From NCBI GenBank assembly GCA_903813345.2, contig CAIIXF020000001.1, positions 13,764,001-13,828,000 of the forward strand: 64,000 nucleotides of DNA, read 5' to 3'. Every line of letters begins with the position of its first letter. The first letter of the stretch is position 1. The position numbers and the translations under genes are program-made. This stretch comes from Owenia fusiformis. Taxonomy: Eukaryota. Below the pieces are notes generated by a model, which saw only the letters and a list, made by a program, of their open reading frames with translations, had not been told where the DNA came from and searched no databases. Below, piece after piece: positions 63,007 to 64,000 of the stretch.

Positions 63007-63488
63007 CACTGCTACCCACCTAGTTACACAGACGTATCGTCAGTGTATCATGGCTGAACTACTTCCGGGATTTGAATTTGGTAAGATATTTTTATTTCTC
63101 GATTTACATCTACTTATAAGTCACGATGTGGATTATAATTTGGCTCCAAGTTATGGGAGATAGTCTAGTTTGAGAATGTGTCGATGGTTTTAGGTTTGGT
63201 ACGTTAACGAAGACGCATTTCACATATTTAGTCCCTCGCTTTTGTTACACTGACGATCGGCATTACACTGATATTGGTCGTTCGTCAGTGTAACAAAAGC
63301 GAAAAAACCATCGACACATTCTCAAACTAGACTATCTTCCTTAACTTCGAGCCAAATTATTATCCACAACGTGACTTATAAGTAGGTGTAAATCGGGAAA
63401 TAAAAAAATCTTACCGAAACCTAGTCCCGGAAGTAGTTCCGCCATGATACACTGACGATACGTCTGTGTAACTAGGTGGGTAGCAGTG
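63007..63488. repeat. Foldback MITE-like element (~185 bp arms plus a central hairpin)
   Basis: cactgctacccacctagttacacagacgtatcgtcagtgtatcatggc has an exact reverse complement ending at 63488; inner stem 63236-63302. Confidence 0.9.
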
Positions 63489-64000
63489 TAGAATATTACC
63501 ACTACTGTGAATGAAAATATGTCCTGGTGAGAATCCTTTACCATTAAATCATGGACTTTTGCCAGTTATAAATTGATGACATGGATGACAATTTTTCATA
63601 AAAATCCACATTGAAGAAGATTTTGCATGTATTGTTTACGTCAATTTTATTTGACTAAAACTTTGTACATCCTATTTTTTCATTTGTAGTACTAAAATAG
63701 TTATGACTGAATTATCAAAGTTTTACAAAATATCAAGCATTAATTTTTTGCCCACGACATTCCTTGTCATATCTGTCTTCGAAATAGGTTCACAAGTTCT
63801 GACTTTATTTAATAAATATTCCTTGATTAATAAGATTATTTGACATTAATTCTGAAAAGTGGACGTTGGCCAGATACCGTGACGTCAACCTTTTTCAGAT
63901 ATTAAATTTGGGATAGTAAGTGACACAATTTTGTTGAAAACACCTATATTCGTTAATGCTTCTTATGAGGAAATTAGAAGGGTGCAGAATGTTGGAAACA

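Overview
AT-rich eukaryotic DNA, probably from a marine invertebrate (lophotrochozoan-like, inferred from the repeat families). The main content is two tandem, intron-containing alpha7-like nicotinic acetylcholine receptor (nAChR) alpha-subunit genes on the minus strand. Gene B (coding exons 27087..16796, candidate signal-peptide exon near 39.9 kb) carries three clusters of duplicated, intact exons: 2a/2b, 4a/4b/4c and 8a/8b. These look like mutually exclusive exons and would give up to 2x3x2=12 isoforms varying the N-terminal helix, the loop D-to-loop A region and the M2 pore helix. The introns of these clusters contain complementary elements resembling docking-site/selector RNA pairings. Gene A (12647..7368) is a downstream duplicate that keeps exactly one exon per cluster (2a-4b-8a type). 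I could not identify an intact, in-frame signal-peptide exon for either gene. The rest of the window is intronic or intergenic and rich in mobile DNA: CR1-like and Tx1/L1-like LINE fragments, a Transib-like MITE with a 5-bp TSD, Tc1/mariner MITEs, Helentron-like elements with internal satellite, long foldback palindromes and minisatellites. All coordinates and counts were read by hand; no RNA evidence was available.
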